Counted from the stretch's first letter, positions 1 through 11,073 are shown. The stretch is 64,000 bases of DNA from an uncultured Rickettsiales bacterium (GCA_964588995.1 CAZPQM010000004.1:10128-74127), one strand, 5' to 3'. The notes: generated by a model not told the origin, from the sequence alone. Made by a program: numbers and translations.

Positions 1-1096
<1,096 letters not shown>

Positions 1097-1142
1097 GGGC
1101 TAAACGCCGGGCCCGTATTGAGATACACACAGGGTGTGACAG

Positions 1143-2303
1143 ATGGTAGGTAGACTACTCACAATTTCGTTGCTAGGGGTGGCCTTTGCAGGTTCCGCCT
1201 TTGCCAGACCGGCACCGGTTGAGGATCGCAGTGCGACCTATTACGGTGAGCGTGGCGGTAAGCCCTCTCCGGACTGGAAAGTGAAAAAGCTGAAAGAAGC
1301 TGCTTCTAAGCGTCATATTACCGTCAGCCGGGGTGATACACTCTATGGCCTTGCTGAAAAGCATAATATGGAGCCTCGCGTCATCATTGATGCCAACAAG
1401 CTTAAACCGCCATATCGCTTGAAAGCCGGGCAATCGCTCTATATTCCGGCGCCGCAGACAATCACCGTCGAGCGGGGGGATTCGCTTCTAAAGATCGCAA
1501 AACGTTACGGCGTCTCCATGTCCGACATTGCCCGAAAGAATGGCATCGCCAAGCCCTATCGTCTGCAGGTGGGGCAGGTGCTGCAAATGCCGCAAGCGCC
1601 GAGCTACGTTGCCAACAAACCGGCCTCGCTCGACAAGCGCAATACGATTTCCTACGCGGCAAAGCGGTCTTCCCGGAGCGTACCGAAAACGCAGCCGGCT
1701 TCCCTTGATAAGCGCAATACGATCACGAGCGTTGCCAAGCGTATGAGCGAGCCGAAGCCCAGTATCACCCGGCAGATCGTGAATACGATACGGCCTAAAC
1801 CAAGACCCGAAAGTCCGATTCAGAGTGCATCACTGGCGACCATCTCGCCCTCTGCCGGTCCGAATGTGGCGACGAGTAGGATGCTCTATGATGAGGGGAA
1901 AAAACAGGTCGGGCATAAGACCGGGCGAACCAAATTCAGCTGGCCGACCCGGGGCACCCTGCTTTCCAGCTTCGGTAAGAAAAGCAGCGGGATTTTCAAT
2001 GAGGGTATCAATATCAGCGCGCAGATTGGCCGTGAAATACGTGCAGCTGCGGGTGGTAAAGTGGTTTATGCCGGCAACGGGCTGCGTGGCTACGGCAACC
2101 TGATTATTATCCGTCATCAGGGGGGCTGGCTCTCCGCCTATGCCCACCAGCGCCGCTTTGCCGTGCGTAAAGGGGAGCGCGTCGAGAAGGGACAGGTGAT
2201 CGGCTATGTCGGCGATAGTGGCAATGTCGATCGGCCGCAGCTGCATTTCGCGATTCGCAAGGGCAAAGAAGCGCAGGACCCGCTCAAACATTTACCGATT
2301 TAG
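1143..2303 (+). CDS. LysM + M23 peptidase-family envelope protein (NlpD/DipM-like)
   Basis: Signal peptide, two LysM repeats (GDTLYGLA, GDSLLKIA), degenerate M23 domain (NEGINI...QLHFAIR). Confidence 0.9.
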   Translation: MVGRLLTISLLGVAFAGSAFARPAPVEDRSATYYGERGGKPSPDWKVKKLKEAASKRHITVSRGDTLYGLAEKHNMEPRVIIDANKLKPPYRLKAGQSLYIPAPQTITVERGDSLLKIAKRYGVSMSDIARKNGIAKPYRLQVGQVLQMPQAPSYVANKPASLDKRNTISYAAKRSSRSVPKTQPASLDKRNTITSVAKRMSEPKPSITRQIVNTIRPKPRPESPIQSASLATISPSAGPNVATSRMLYDEGKKQVGHKTGRTKFSWPTRGTLLSSFGKKSSGIFNEGINISAQIGREIRAAAGGKVVYAGNGLRGYGNLIIIRHQGGWLSAYAHQRRFAVRKGERVEKGQVIGYVGDSGNVDRPQLHFAIRKGKEAQDPLKHLPI

Positions 2304-2308
2304 GCTGC

Positions 2309-2336
2309 TTGCACTTTCCGGGAATCTCGCTATAGT
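2309..2336 (+). promoter_or_regulatory. Putative sigma70 promoter of yajC-secD
   Basis: TTGCAC-16 nt-TATAGT upstream of yajC. Confidence 0.55.
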
Positions 2337-2367
2337 GCGCATCAAATAAATGGATAAGGGGTTTCGG

Positions 2368-2790
2368 ATGAAAGCATTTGTCATGGCATTGCTTATGACG
2401 GCAAGCAGTCAGGTTGCGATGGCGCAGGAGGCTGTGCCACCTACGGTGGGCGTGCAGGATCAATTGATTATGCTGCTGCTGATTTTCCTGATTTTTTACT
2501 TCCTGATTATTCGTCCGCAAAGCAAGAAATACAAACAACATGCCGAGATGGTGAAAGCGCTTGAGCGTGGTGATCTCGTCGTGACCGGCGGCGGTATTGA
2601 AGGCAAGGTGGTGCGTGTGCTGGAGGATGACCGTATCGTGGTTGAAATAGCACAGGGCGTTGAAGTTACGGTGGTGAAAAGCACGGTGAGCGAAAGGCTC
2701 GCGAAAACCGAACCGAAAGCGGCGAAATCGGCGGAGAAAAAATCCGGTAAAACCGCGCCGAAAACAACGGCCAAAAGCAAGAAAAAATAA
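2368..2790 (+). CDS. yajC: Preprotein translocase subunit YajC
   Basis: FYFLIIRPQ, GDLVVTGGGIEGKV; AAGGGG SD before ATG 2368. Confidence 0.95.
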   Translation: MKAFVMALLMTASSQVAMAQEAVPPTVGVQDQLIMLLLIFLIFYFLIIRPQSKKYKQHAEMVKALERGDLVVTGGGIEGKVVRVLEDDRIVVEIAQGVEVTVVKSTVSERLAKTEPKAAKSAEKKSGKTAPKTTAKSKKK

Positions 2791-4358
2791 TGCTGCATTT
2801 TCCACGGTGGAAGCAAATCACGGTCTGGGCGATTTGCCTAATAGCGCTGCTGTTTGCGCTGCCTAATCTGCTGGATCAGAAAACGCTCGATAGCATGCCG
2901 GATTTCCTGCCTAAAGAAAAGATGAATCTGGGTCTGGATTTGCGCGGTGGGTCGTACCTGCTGCTGGAGGTTGATTTTGAAACCTATCTCAAGGAGCAGC
3001 TGGCTTCGACGGTGGATGATGTGCGCGAGCGTATGCGCGGTGGTAAGGCGGAAGATCGTATCGGCTATGTCGGCCTGAAAGTGCAGGATGGTGCGGTTAC
3101 CTTCCGGGTGCGCGAAACCGCTGATATCGATGCGGCGGAAGAGCGGCTCGCTGATCTACGCAGCGCGATGACGATTGATCAGGAGGATGTGCGCTTTACG
3201 CTGCGCTACCGCGATCAGGAGATTACGCAAATGCAGCGTGACGTGGTTGATCAGTCGATTGAGATCGTCCGGAAGCGGGTCGATGAAACCGGCACGCGTG
3301 AGCCGATCATCCAGCGGCAGGGGGATTTACGGATTATCCTGCAGGTGCCGGGGTTGCAGGATCCTGAATACTTAAAAGAACTGCTCGGTAAAACCGCGAA
3401 AATGACCTTTCACTTGATGGATCCGGATGAGCCGTTTCCGTTTGCCGAAAAACGCCCCAAGCCGGGTATGAAGCTGCTCCGCGGTATCGAAAATGATGGG
3501 CGGCTCTATATGATACGAAAGCGCGTGATGCTCTCCGGTGAGATGCTGGTTGATGCGCGCGGCACGTTCAGTGAGGGGAGGCCAGTGGTCAGTTTTCGCT
3601 TCAATAATCAGGGTGGTAAAAAGTTCGCGAAAATCACCAAAGAAAATGTCGGCAATCCGTTTGCGATTGTGCTTGACGGCGCGGTAATTTCCGCACCCGT
3701 CATACAAAGTCCTATTTTGGGCGGTAGCGGCATCATCACCGGGCAGTTCTCCGTGCAGGAAGTAAATGACCTTGCGCTGCTGCTGCGATCCGGTGCGCTA
3801 CCGGCGCCGATTGAGATACTGGAAGAACGTACCGTGGGGCCGAGCCTCGGGCAGGATTCGATTCAAGCGGGGAGCAGTGCGGCCCTGATCGGTATCGTGC
3901 TGGTGATGATCGCGATGGTGGTGTTATATGGTCGGTTTGGCATCTATTCCGACATTGCGCTGGCTATCAATATGATCCTGATCATCGCGGTGCTTTCCGG
4001 GTTACAGGCAACGCTTACGCTTCCAGGCATTGCCGGCATGGTGCTGACGATGGGTATGGCGGTTGATGCGAACGTGCTGATTTTTGAGCGTATCCGCGAG
4101 GAGCTTTCGATCGGGAAAACACCCTTTGCCGCGGTCGATCAGGGGTTTGCACAGGCGTTTAAAACCATTCGCGACTCGAACATTACGACGCTGATCGCGA
4201 CCTTTTTGCTGTTTATGTACGGCTCTGGGCCGGTTAAAGGCTTTGCGGTGACGCTCTCGATCGGTATCATCTGTTCCATGTTTTCTGCCATTTTACTTAC
4301 GCGCCTGCTTGTGGTAACGTGGCTCAAACGGACTAAGCCGAGCGCGCTGAACTTATAA
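2790..4358 (+). CDS. secD: Protein translocase subunit SecD
   Basis: LGLDLRGG, LRSGALPAP, VGPSLG, GMAVDANVLIFERIREE. Confidence 0.97.
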   Translation: MLHFPRWKQITVWAICLIALLFALPNLLDQKTLDSMPDFLPKEKMNLGLDLRGGSYLLLEVDFETYLKEQLASTVDDVRERMRGGKAEDRIGYVGLKVQDGAVTFRVRETADIDAAEERLADLRSAMTIDQEDVRFTLRYRDQEITQMQRDVVDQSIEIVRKRVDETGTREPIIQRQGDLRIILQVPGLQDPEYLKELLGKTAKMTFHLMDPDEPFPFAEKRPKPGMKLLRGIENDGRLYMIRKRVMLSGEMLVDARGTFSEGRPVVSFRFNNQGGKKFAKITKENVGNPFAIVLDGAVISAPVIQSPILGGSGIITGQFSVQEVNDLALLLRSGALPAPIEILEERTVGPSLGQDSIQAGSSAALIGIVLVMIAMVVLYGRFGIYSDIALAINMILIIAVLSGLQATLTLPGIAGMVLTMGMAVDANVLIFERIREELSIGKTPFAAVDQGFAQAFKTIRDSNITTLIATFLLFMYGSGPVKGFAVTLSIGIICSMFSAILLTRLLVVTWLKRTKPSALNL

Positions 4359-4380
4359 TGGCAAGGTCGACGGAGACGCC

Positions 4381-4758
4381 ATGGTTGATGTAACACCACT
4401 CATTCCTGAGGGCAAGCAGGTCATTGATGCCTATGGTGACGGCGGGTTTCGTATTGCCAATCAGCGCTACGAACACGCGGTCATTATCCTTCCGGATAAA
4501 ACGCTTAAATGGAACGTGACATCGGTTGAATCGCTGACGGCTGACGATATGGAGGGTGTGATAGCACATAAAGAGGATATTGATGTGCTGCTGATCGGCT
4601 GCGGAGAGCGGCAGCAATTCCTGCCGGCTGAGGTGGAAAAGGAACTTGCGGGCCACCGAATCATCCCGGAGCAGATGGATACTGGTGCCGCGTGCCGGAC
4701 GTATAACGTCCTGCTTTCGGAGGAGCGCGCAGTCGCCGTGGCACTCATTCCGGTTTAA
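4381..4758 (+). CDS. Mth938-like (NDUFAF3/DUF498) protein
   Basis: IDAYGDGGFRI, MDTGAACRTYNVLLSEER. Confidence 0.9.
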   Translation: MVDVTPLIPEGKQVIDAYGDGGFRIANQRYEHAVIILPDKTLKWNVTSVESLTADDMEGVIAHKEDIDVLLIGCGERQQFLPAEVEKELAGHRIIPEQMDTGAACRTYNVLLSEERAVAVALIPV

Positions 4759-4778
4759 GTTAGGATAGCGCGGCTACT

Positions 4779-5460
4779 CTACTCCTCCCCCGCTTGCACG
4801 GCATTTTTCTACTTCTCCCCCCTGCTTGCGGCGGACTCATTTACTCCTCCCCCTGTATGCGGGGGGAGGTTGGGAGGGGGTGTTATTGCGAGCGGCGTAG
4901 CCGCGCGGCAATCTCGTGCGGCTGGGTATATGCGGCCTGAGATCGCTTTACTGCGTTCGCGATGACGAGGCAGTAGATCCTTCGACTACGCTACGCTCCG
5001 CTCAGGATGACGATCCGAACAGTCACTCCTCCCCCTGCTAGCGGGTGGAGGTTGGGAGGGGGGCGACTCGTCATCCTGAACTTGATTCAGGATCTCATGA
5101 GGCGTGCTACCTCCTGAGATTCCAGCGTTCGCTGGAATGACGATCCAGTCTGAACCATGGATACCTCTATAATGGCTGCGCCATTCGGGGTATGACGAGT
5201 GGCTATAACCACTAACCAAATGACACCCCCACCACTGCGGCTAACGCGCTGACGCACGTAAGCATGGTTGCCTCCCCCGCAGGCAGGGGAGGATGCGTTC
5301 TTTACCCCCTCTCCCGCATGCCGAGAGGGCTAGGGTGAGGGTGTCATTGCGAGCGACCAACGGGAGCGGGCTCTCTTTTTGTCATGCTGAGCGAGCAGGG
5401 CGAGTCGAAGCATCTTTACAGACGCTCAATCACATAAGATCCTTCGGCTGCGCCGCGGCT
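4779..5460. repeat. Mosaic array of several palindromic REP/REPIN-like modules
   Basis: CTCCCCC..GGGGGAGGTTGGGAGGGGG, GTCAT...ATGAC-bounded hairpins and ACCCCCACCACTGCGGCTA modules shared (inverted) with 16.8 kb and 56.8 kb. Confidence 0.9.
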
Positions 5461-5497
5461 TTTAAATTAACAGCGGAAAGCCGTCAGTAACCTGTGG

Positions 5498-6253
5498 CTA
5501 TGCCGCTTTTTGCTGTTTGGCTTCGGCGAAATTTTCCGCAACGAAATCCCAGTTAATGAGATTATCGATGAAGCTCTCCATATATTTCGGACGTGCATTC
5601 TGATAATCGAGGTAATAGGCGTGTTCCCATACATCCATCGTGAGGAGTGGGGTTTCGCCTTCGGTCATCGGGTTTTCAGCGTTCAGTGTTTTGCGCACGG
5701 CCAGCTTACCGTTTTTATCAAGCACGAGCCACGCCCAGCCGCTGCCGAACTGGGTAGCGCCGGCGGTGGAAAACTCTTCCTTGAATTTGTCGAAGGAACC
5801 GAAATCGCTGTTGATTTTCTCCGCCAGCTCACCGGATGGGCTGCCGCCGCCATCAGGGCCCATGCAGTTCCAGTAAAAAGTGTGGTTCCAGACCTGCGCA
5901 GCGTTATTGAATACACCCTGCTTGCTGTCATCATTCGCAGTGGCGAGGATAATTTCTTCCAGACTTTTCCCCGCGAGATCGGTGTTTTCGATTGCATCAT
6001 TCAGCTTGGTTACATAGGCATTGTGGTGTTTGCCGTGGTGGAAATCCAACGTCTCGCTGGAAATATGTGGCTCGAGTGCGTCTTTCGCGTAGGGTAAGTC
6101 GGGTAAAGTAAAGCTCATGGTCGATGCTCCTTTTTGGTATACATGATCAAATTGATTAGGATGCGCGCGTGCTCCCCGCAGGCCAAAACCGCTGATAGCA
6201 GCCAGCCCGGACAGGCTGAGCAAACGCAAAAAATGCCGTTTAGATAAAAGCAT
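5498..6253 (-). CDS. sodB: Fe superoxide dismutase; long form with Tat-like signal (6253), short form from ATG 6118
   Basis: HHGKHH, NNAAQVWNH, FGSGWAW, DVWEHAYY. Confidence 0.95.
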   Translation of the reverse strand: MLLSKRHFLRLLSLSGLAAISGFGLRGARAHPNQFDHVYQKGASTMSFTLPDLPYAKDALEPHISSETLDFHHGKHHNAYVTKLNDAIENTDLAGKSLEEIILATANDDSKQGVFNNAAQVWNHTFYWNCMGPDGGGSPSGELAEKINSDFGSFDKFKEEFSTAGATQFGSGWAWLVLDKNGKLAVRKTLNAENPMTEGETPLLTMDVWEHAYYLDYQNARPKYMESFIDNLINWDFVAENFAEAKQQKAA

Positions 6254-6287
6254 TAACTCCTCTTTTTTAAACTACTATGAGTATTCG

Positions 6288-7541
6288 TTATAAAGAAGCG
6301 ATGCGTTTCATATCAAGTGATAACGACTCGCAAAGTGCCTGGGCTTTTACGAGGGTTTCCAGCCATTCCGCTTCCGGCTCGGAGTCATGCACGATCGCAC
6401 CGCCAACCTGAAATTCAAAGCGCCTGCCATCGGTGATCAGTGTGCGGATGATCACGGACAGATCGCAGGAGCCGTCCCCGCCGAACCAGCCAATCGCACC
6501 GGAATAGATGCCGCGCGCATGAGCTTCCAATGCGGAGCAGATCTCCATCGCTTTGATTTTGGGTGCGCCGGTCATTGAGCCGGGCGGGAAGCAGGCTTTC
6601 ACCGCTTCCAGTGTCGGCACTTCCGGTCGCTTCTTGGCATGTATGCTGGTCGCCATATGGTAGATGGTTGCGAACTCATTGATCTCAAACAGTTGCGGAA
6701 CGTTTACGCTGCCGGGTACGGCGCTACGGGAAAGATCGTTTCGCATCAGATCGACAATCATCAGATTTTCCGCCTTATCCTTCACGCTGGATGTGAGCGC
6801 TTGTTTTCCTTCCGGTGTTTTCGGTGCAGAGCCCTTGATCGGACGGACCGTCATCTGCCCGTATGCAGTGATGGTGATAAACTGCTCGGGGCTTGATGAA
6901 ATGACCTGAAACCCGCCGCATTTGAGATAGGCCGAATAAGGCGACGGGCTAAGCGCATTCAGCCGGAGATAGAGCGAAAGCGGGTCGGCTTGCTTTTCAA
7001 ACTCACCGGCAAATTTTCGCGTCAGATTCGCCTGATAGATATCCCCGCGGCGAATGGCCTGCCGGATAGCGCTCACCTTCTCCAGATACTCCGCTTTGGT
7101 CATATTGGAGCGGAGCTCTGAAACAGACACCCTCTTCTCCTTGCGATCCCTCCGCTGTAAATTGGCGGAAGATTGAAGGCTATCGGGTGTGGCTGTGACG
7201 GATTTTTCTTCGTGGTCGAACAGGAGCACATGCTCAAACTGCATGAAGCACAGAGCGGGCGTATCGAACAGGTAAGGCGGATTGCTCGAAAGCTGCTCGA
7301 CATCGTTTTTCAGGCGGTAGCCCAGATAGCCGAACCAACTGTTATCGAGCTGCTTCTGATCCGCGGAAAGTTTCCCGGCTAAATCAGAGAAATGCTCGCT
7401 CGTGATGCGATCTTTCAGGCCGTAGGCGAGCAGGCTGTAGCGTCCGGAATAGCCGGTTCGCAATGAGGAGTGCAAAAAGGCGAGATGGTCGTGCTCCGCC
7501 TCGACTGCCTGCAATGCATCCAGCGGGTCTATCCAGCGCAT
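6288..7541 (-). CDS. pabB: Aminodeoxychorismate synthase component I (anthranilate synthase I family)
   Basis: KDKAENLMIVDLMRNDL, FPPGSMTGAPK; start at MRWIDP overlaps the upstream stop. Confidence 0.85.
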   Translation of the reverse strand: MRWIDPLDALQAVEAEHDHLAFLHSSLRTGYSGRYSLLAYGLKDRITSEHFSDLAGKLSADQKQLDNSWFGYLGYRLKNDVEQLSSNPPYLFDTPALCFMQFEHVLLFDHEEKSVTATPDSLQSSANLQRRDRKEKRVSVSELRSNMTKAEYLEKVSAIRQAIRRGDIYQANLTRKFAGEFEKQADPLSLYLRLNALSPSPYSAYLKCGGFQVISSSPEQFITITAYGQMTVRPIKGSAPKTPEGKQALTSSVKDKAENLMIVDLMRNDLSRSAVPGSVNVPQLFEINEFATIYHMATSIHAKKRPEVPTLEAVKACFPPGSMTGAPKIKAMEICSALEAHARGIYSGAIGWFGGDGSCDLSVIIRTLITDGRRFEFQVGGAIVHDSEPEAEWLETLVKAQALCESLSLDMKRIASL

Positions 7542-8362
7542 AGCTGCTCGACCTCGCGCTGGTAGAGGGTTTGTAATTGCTGTGTTACCGGGCCTGTCGT
7601 TAGAGCACCCATACCCGCGATCTCTATGACCGGCAAGACACCCCAGGCCGAGTTGCAAATGAAGATTTCCTCAGCCTGCTGCAACAGGTTAAGCGGCGCT
7701 GCAATTTCACTGACCGGTAAGGGGGATAGTTCCATCAGCACGGCTCGGGTAATACCGGCTAATGCGCCGGTTGCCAGTGAGGGGGTAAAGAGCGTGCCGC
7801 TCTTGATCCAGAACAGATTGCCGGAACTGACTTCGGTGATTTCATCACGCTCATTAGTCAGTATCGCGTCATAATAGCCGTGCTCGTTGGCTTCCATCTT
7901 AGAAAGCGTATGGGTGAGTTTTTGCGCAGTTTTATACGGGCTGAATGGCTGCAGCGCTTGCGAGGGTAACCGGTGCGAGCTGACGGTAAGCGCCGCGGAT
8001 TCGGGGGTCGTAGCCGGTGGCAGGATTTCAGCAAGGAGATGCGGCTTGATATGCTTTTCCGGGAGGTAGCCGCGACCGCCCGAACCGCGCGAAAGCTGGA
8101 TGCGGATAAAGCCCGACTCAAGCGTATTTTGCCGGATAAGCTCGTGGCAGATAGCAGCCAGTCCATCCGTGTTATAGTCAATTTTCAGCGCATCAAGTCC
8201 ATGCTGCAGCCGTCTCAGGTAAAGCTCGGGCCTGAAGGGCTGGCGGTGATAGAACGGGATTGTTTCGAACAGCCCGTCACCATAGCGAAAGGAGCGGTCA
8301 TCACACGGGATTGTCACCTGCTCGGAAGTTAAAAACTCCTGATTATAATACATGATTCCCAT
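7529..8362 (-). CDS. pabC: Class IV aminotransferase / aminodeoxychorismate lyase
   Basis: DRSFRYGDGLFET, LAGITRA; adjacent to pabB. Confidence 0.75.
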   Translation of the reverse strand: MGIMYYNQEFLTSEQVTIPCDDRSFRYGDGLFETIPFYHRQPFRPELYLRRLQHGLDALKIDYNTDGLAAICHELIRQNTLESGFIRIQLSRGSGGRGYLPEKHIKPHLLAEILPPATTPESAALTVSSHRLPSQALQPFSPYKTAQKLTHTLSKMEANEHGYYDAILTNERDEITEVSSGNLFWIKSGTLFTPSLATGALAGITRAVLMELSPLPVSEIAAPLNLLQQAEEIFICNSAWGVLPVIEIAGMGALTTGPVTQQLQTLYQREVEQLCAG

Positions 8363-8367
8363 CGCTA

Positions 8368-9114
8368 TTAACTCTTCCAGCCGGTGAGGGTGACGATTTC
8401 GAAGGTCGCCTGAACTTGTCCGCCGGGCTCTTTATAGTGCGAATCGTAGTACGTAACCATAGCCTCCAGCATTCCACGAGACATAAATTGCTTCGGCCGT
8501 TTGACCAGCGCGTTACTTTCACCCATCAGATGCAGGTCGCGTATCAGGTCGAATGCCGACCCATACTGCACGGTGAGCAGTTCCGTATCCGCCACGGGGA
8601 GGTAGTAGCCAACCCGCTGCAGCAGCATGCCGAGCTCTTTCACTTCAGCAAAGGGGTGGACGCGCGGCCCAACGCCGCCGCGCAGCGACGTCTCAACCGC
8701 TTCAACCGTATCACGCAGCTCTTTCAGCGTTTGTCCGCCGAAGAGTGTGGCCATCATCAACCCCTTTTCGGCGAGGCAGTTTTTGAGCTTCACCAACAAC
8801 CCCGGCAGGTCATTTACATGGTGCATCTGCAGGTTGGAGAGAATAAGGTCGTACGCTGCGTCTGTTTGCGGCTGGATTTGCGCATCCATAGTGACCTCAA
8901 GCACGTCACGTTCAGGAAAATACCGATGGATGTTATCACCGCGCGGTGACAGTTCAGCCACGCGCTCAAATTCCAGCGCGATATCCTCTTCCAGCCGTTC
9001 ATGAAGAAGCTGGGCTGCGTAACGGTGCAGATAGTTCACCTCGCGAAACCGGCTGGCGAAACGATGATGCCGCTGCCGTATCAGTGCTTCATCAAAAATA
9101 GCGGGAATATTCAT
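8368..9114 (-). CDS. SAM-dependent methyltransferase (BioC/NDUFAF5-like)
   Basis: HHVNDLPGLL, LFGGQTLKELR, PRVHPF, LPVAD, ATFEIV. Confidence 0.8.
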   Translation of the reverse strand: MNIPAIFDEALIRQRHHRFASRFREVNYLHRYAAQLLHERLEEDIALEFERVAELSPRGDNIHRYFPERDVLEVTMDAQIQPQTDAAYDLILSNLQMHHVNDLPGLLVKLKNCLAEKGLMMATLFGGQTLKELRDTVEAVETSLRGGVGPRVHPFAEVKELGMLLQRVGYYLPVADTELLTVQYGSAFDLIRDLHLMGESNALVKRPKQFMSRGMLEAMVTYYDSHYKEPGGQVQATFEIVTLTGWKS

Positions 9115-9124
9115 ATAATGTTCC

Positions 9125-9163
9125 TAACCTTCTCGGCGTGCGGGAGAGGAGTAAGGTGAGGGC
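9125..9163 (+). repeat. Degenerate single copy of the GGGAGAGGG..GGTGAGGG repeat module
   Basis: ccttctcggcgtgcgggagaggagtaaggtgaggg resembles the module at 5305-5341. Confidence 0.5.
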
Positions 9164-9168
9164 GACCA

Positions 9169-11022
9169 TTACTCACGGCGGCCAAAGAGGGTTTCAATCT
9201 GTGATAGTTTCAGCTCGACATAGGTCGGACGACCATGATTGCATTGTCCCGAGTGAGGCACTTGTTCCATCTCGCGCAACAGCGCGTTCATCTCCTCCAG
9301 GTTGAGCCGACGCCCGGCGCGCACACTGCCATGACAGGCAAGCGTGCCGCAAATATGCTCCATGCGTTCATCGAGCGATAGCGCCTTACCCGTCTCCAGC
9401 ACATCATCCGCAATCGCCTGAATCAGGTTGCGGATACTGGTTTTTTCAAACAAGGCGGGGATCGACCGCACCAGAATGCCCGTTTCGCCGAAGGCTTCGA
9501 CCGTCAGTCCGGCATGGGCAAGCTGTTCTTTAACGGAGAGCACAGCCTCAGCCGTATCCGCTTCCAGCTCAACGATTTCAGGCACGAGGAGGGCTTGCGT
9601 CGGTACATCGCGTTCGGCCATACTGGCTTTCATCCGCTCATAAACCAGGCGTTCATGCGCGGCATGTTGATCGACAATGACGATACCGTCTTTGGTTTGT
9701 GCAACGATGTAGGTTTCGTGCAGCTGGCAACGCGCCGCACCAAGCGGGTGATGCTGCAATTCCGTTTGCGATTCATCTCTGGGCGTATCGGTTTCGGTAA
9801 ATCCACGCGCTGCCGGGGTGCTCGCTACTTTCTCCAGCAGGTCACGCGAAGCGGGTTGGCTGGTGGCCGGTCCGGCGAGATAGGGTGCTACCTCCTCGCG
9901 GAAACCGGCGTTATAGCGTGGCGCTGAGGGCATGGGGTATCGGGGCGCTGAAGCGTGAGATGGTGGGGCGCTTTGCGGCCGGAAGGCGGAGAGTGCCTGA
10001 TCGGCCACAGTGGTGCTCGCGCGGTGCCCGGCTTGCGCAAGCGCCTGCTTAATTGTCGCCACGATCAGCCCGCGAATATGCCCCTCATCCCGGAAGCGCA
10101 CCTCGGTTTTCGCAGGATGCACATTCACGTCCAACATATCCGGATCGCAACTGATATAAAGCACGGCAACAGGGTGCCGGCCGTGGCCGATAAAATCCTG
10201 ATAGGCCCCTTTGAGCGCACCGATCACGAGCTTATCGCGAATGGGCCGGTTATTGACGAACAGATATTGCTCCTTCGCCGTGCCGCGATTAAAGGTCGGC
10301 AGGCCAGCAAAACCGCTGATAGCAAACTGCTCACGTCTGGCTTCAATCGGCAGCGTATTTTCGATAAAGCGGTTGCCGAGAATATCATGCACGCGCTGAT
10401 GGTAGCCGTCTACCGTAGTCGGATGTGCTGAAAGTTTGAGGACACTTTTGCCGTTGCATTGCAGGTGGATAGCGACCGTCGGATTCGCCATTGCAATGCG
10501 CTTGATGACATCGACGGCCTGCATCTGCTCGGCCCGGTCGGATTTGAGAAATTTCAGCCGGGCAGGAGTGGCGAAGAAAATATCGCGCAACTCCACCTTG
10601 GTGCCGTGATTCAGGCGCGCCGGCTTAGGTTCGCCCGCATCGCCGCCTTCCACGGAAAGTGACCACGCCTCTTCGGTGCCTTCTGCGCGACTTGTGATGG
10701 TGAGTCGCCCAATTGCACCGATCGAGGGAATCGCCTCTCCGCGAAAGCCGAACGAGTGGATGTCCATCAGATCTTCGTCCGGAAGCTTGGAAGTGGCGTG
10801 ACGCTGGATAGCGAGTTGCAGCTCATCGCGGGTCATCCCGCAGCCATTATCCGTGATCGCGATGTAGCTTTTCCCCCCATCGTCGAACGTGATATCCAGC
10901 CGCGTCGCGCCCGCATCAATCGCATTTTCGGCGAGTTCTTTTAGCGCGGAGGCCGGGCGCTCAATCACCTCACCGGCGGCAATGCGGTTAATGGTGACAG
11001 GGGATAGCAGCTTGATTGTCAT
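9169..11022 (-). CDS. mutL: DNA mismatch repair protein MutL
   Basis: IAAGEVIERPAS, GFRGEA, DQHAAHER, CNHGRPT. Confidence 0.97.
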   Translation of the reverse strand: MTIKLLSPVTINRIAAGEVIERPASALKELAENAIDAGATRLDITFDDGGKSYIAITDNGCGMTRDELQLAIQRHATSKLPDEDLMDIHSFGFRGEAIPSIGAIGRLTITSRAEGTEEAWSLSVEGGDAGEPKPARLNHGTKVELRDIFFATPARLKFLKSDRAEQMQAVDVIKRIAMANPTVAIHLQCNGKSVLKLSAHPTTVDGYHQRVHDILGNRFIENTLPIEARREQFAISGFAGLPTFNRGTAKEQYLFVNNRPIRDKLVIGALKGAYQDFIGHGRHPVAVLYISCDPDMLDVNVHPAKTEVRFRDEGHIRGLIVATIKQALAQAGHRASTTVADQALSAFRPQSAPPSHASAPRYPMPSAPRYNAGFREEVAPYLAGPATSQPASRDLLEKVASTPAARGFTETDTPRDESQTELQHHPLGAARCQLHETYIVAQTKDGIVIVDQHAAHERLVYERMKASMAERDVPTQALLVPEIVELEADTAEAVLSVKEQLAHAGLTVEAFGETGILVRSIPALFEKTSIRNLIQAIADDVLETGKALSLDERMEHICGTLACHGSVRAGRRLNLEEMNALLREMEQVPHSGQCNHGRPTYVELKLSQIETLFGRRE

Positions 11023-11073
11023 GCCAGCGAATTTAACGCGATCAGCAGATAATGTCATCCGCTAATAAATAGC

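Noticed and set aside
4986-5490. Short ORFs inside repeat mosaics (also 16846-17043, 21776-21979, 56863-57129)
   Set aside because: Translations of palindromic repeats; their mutual similarity reflects the DNA repeat
7542-7658. Long N-terminal extensions in the ORF track for pabB (also lspA, frr, terL, dxr, hsdM)
   Set aside because: They overlap neighbouring genes or repeats; better downstream starts exist
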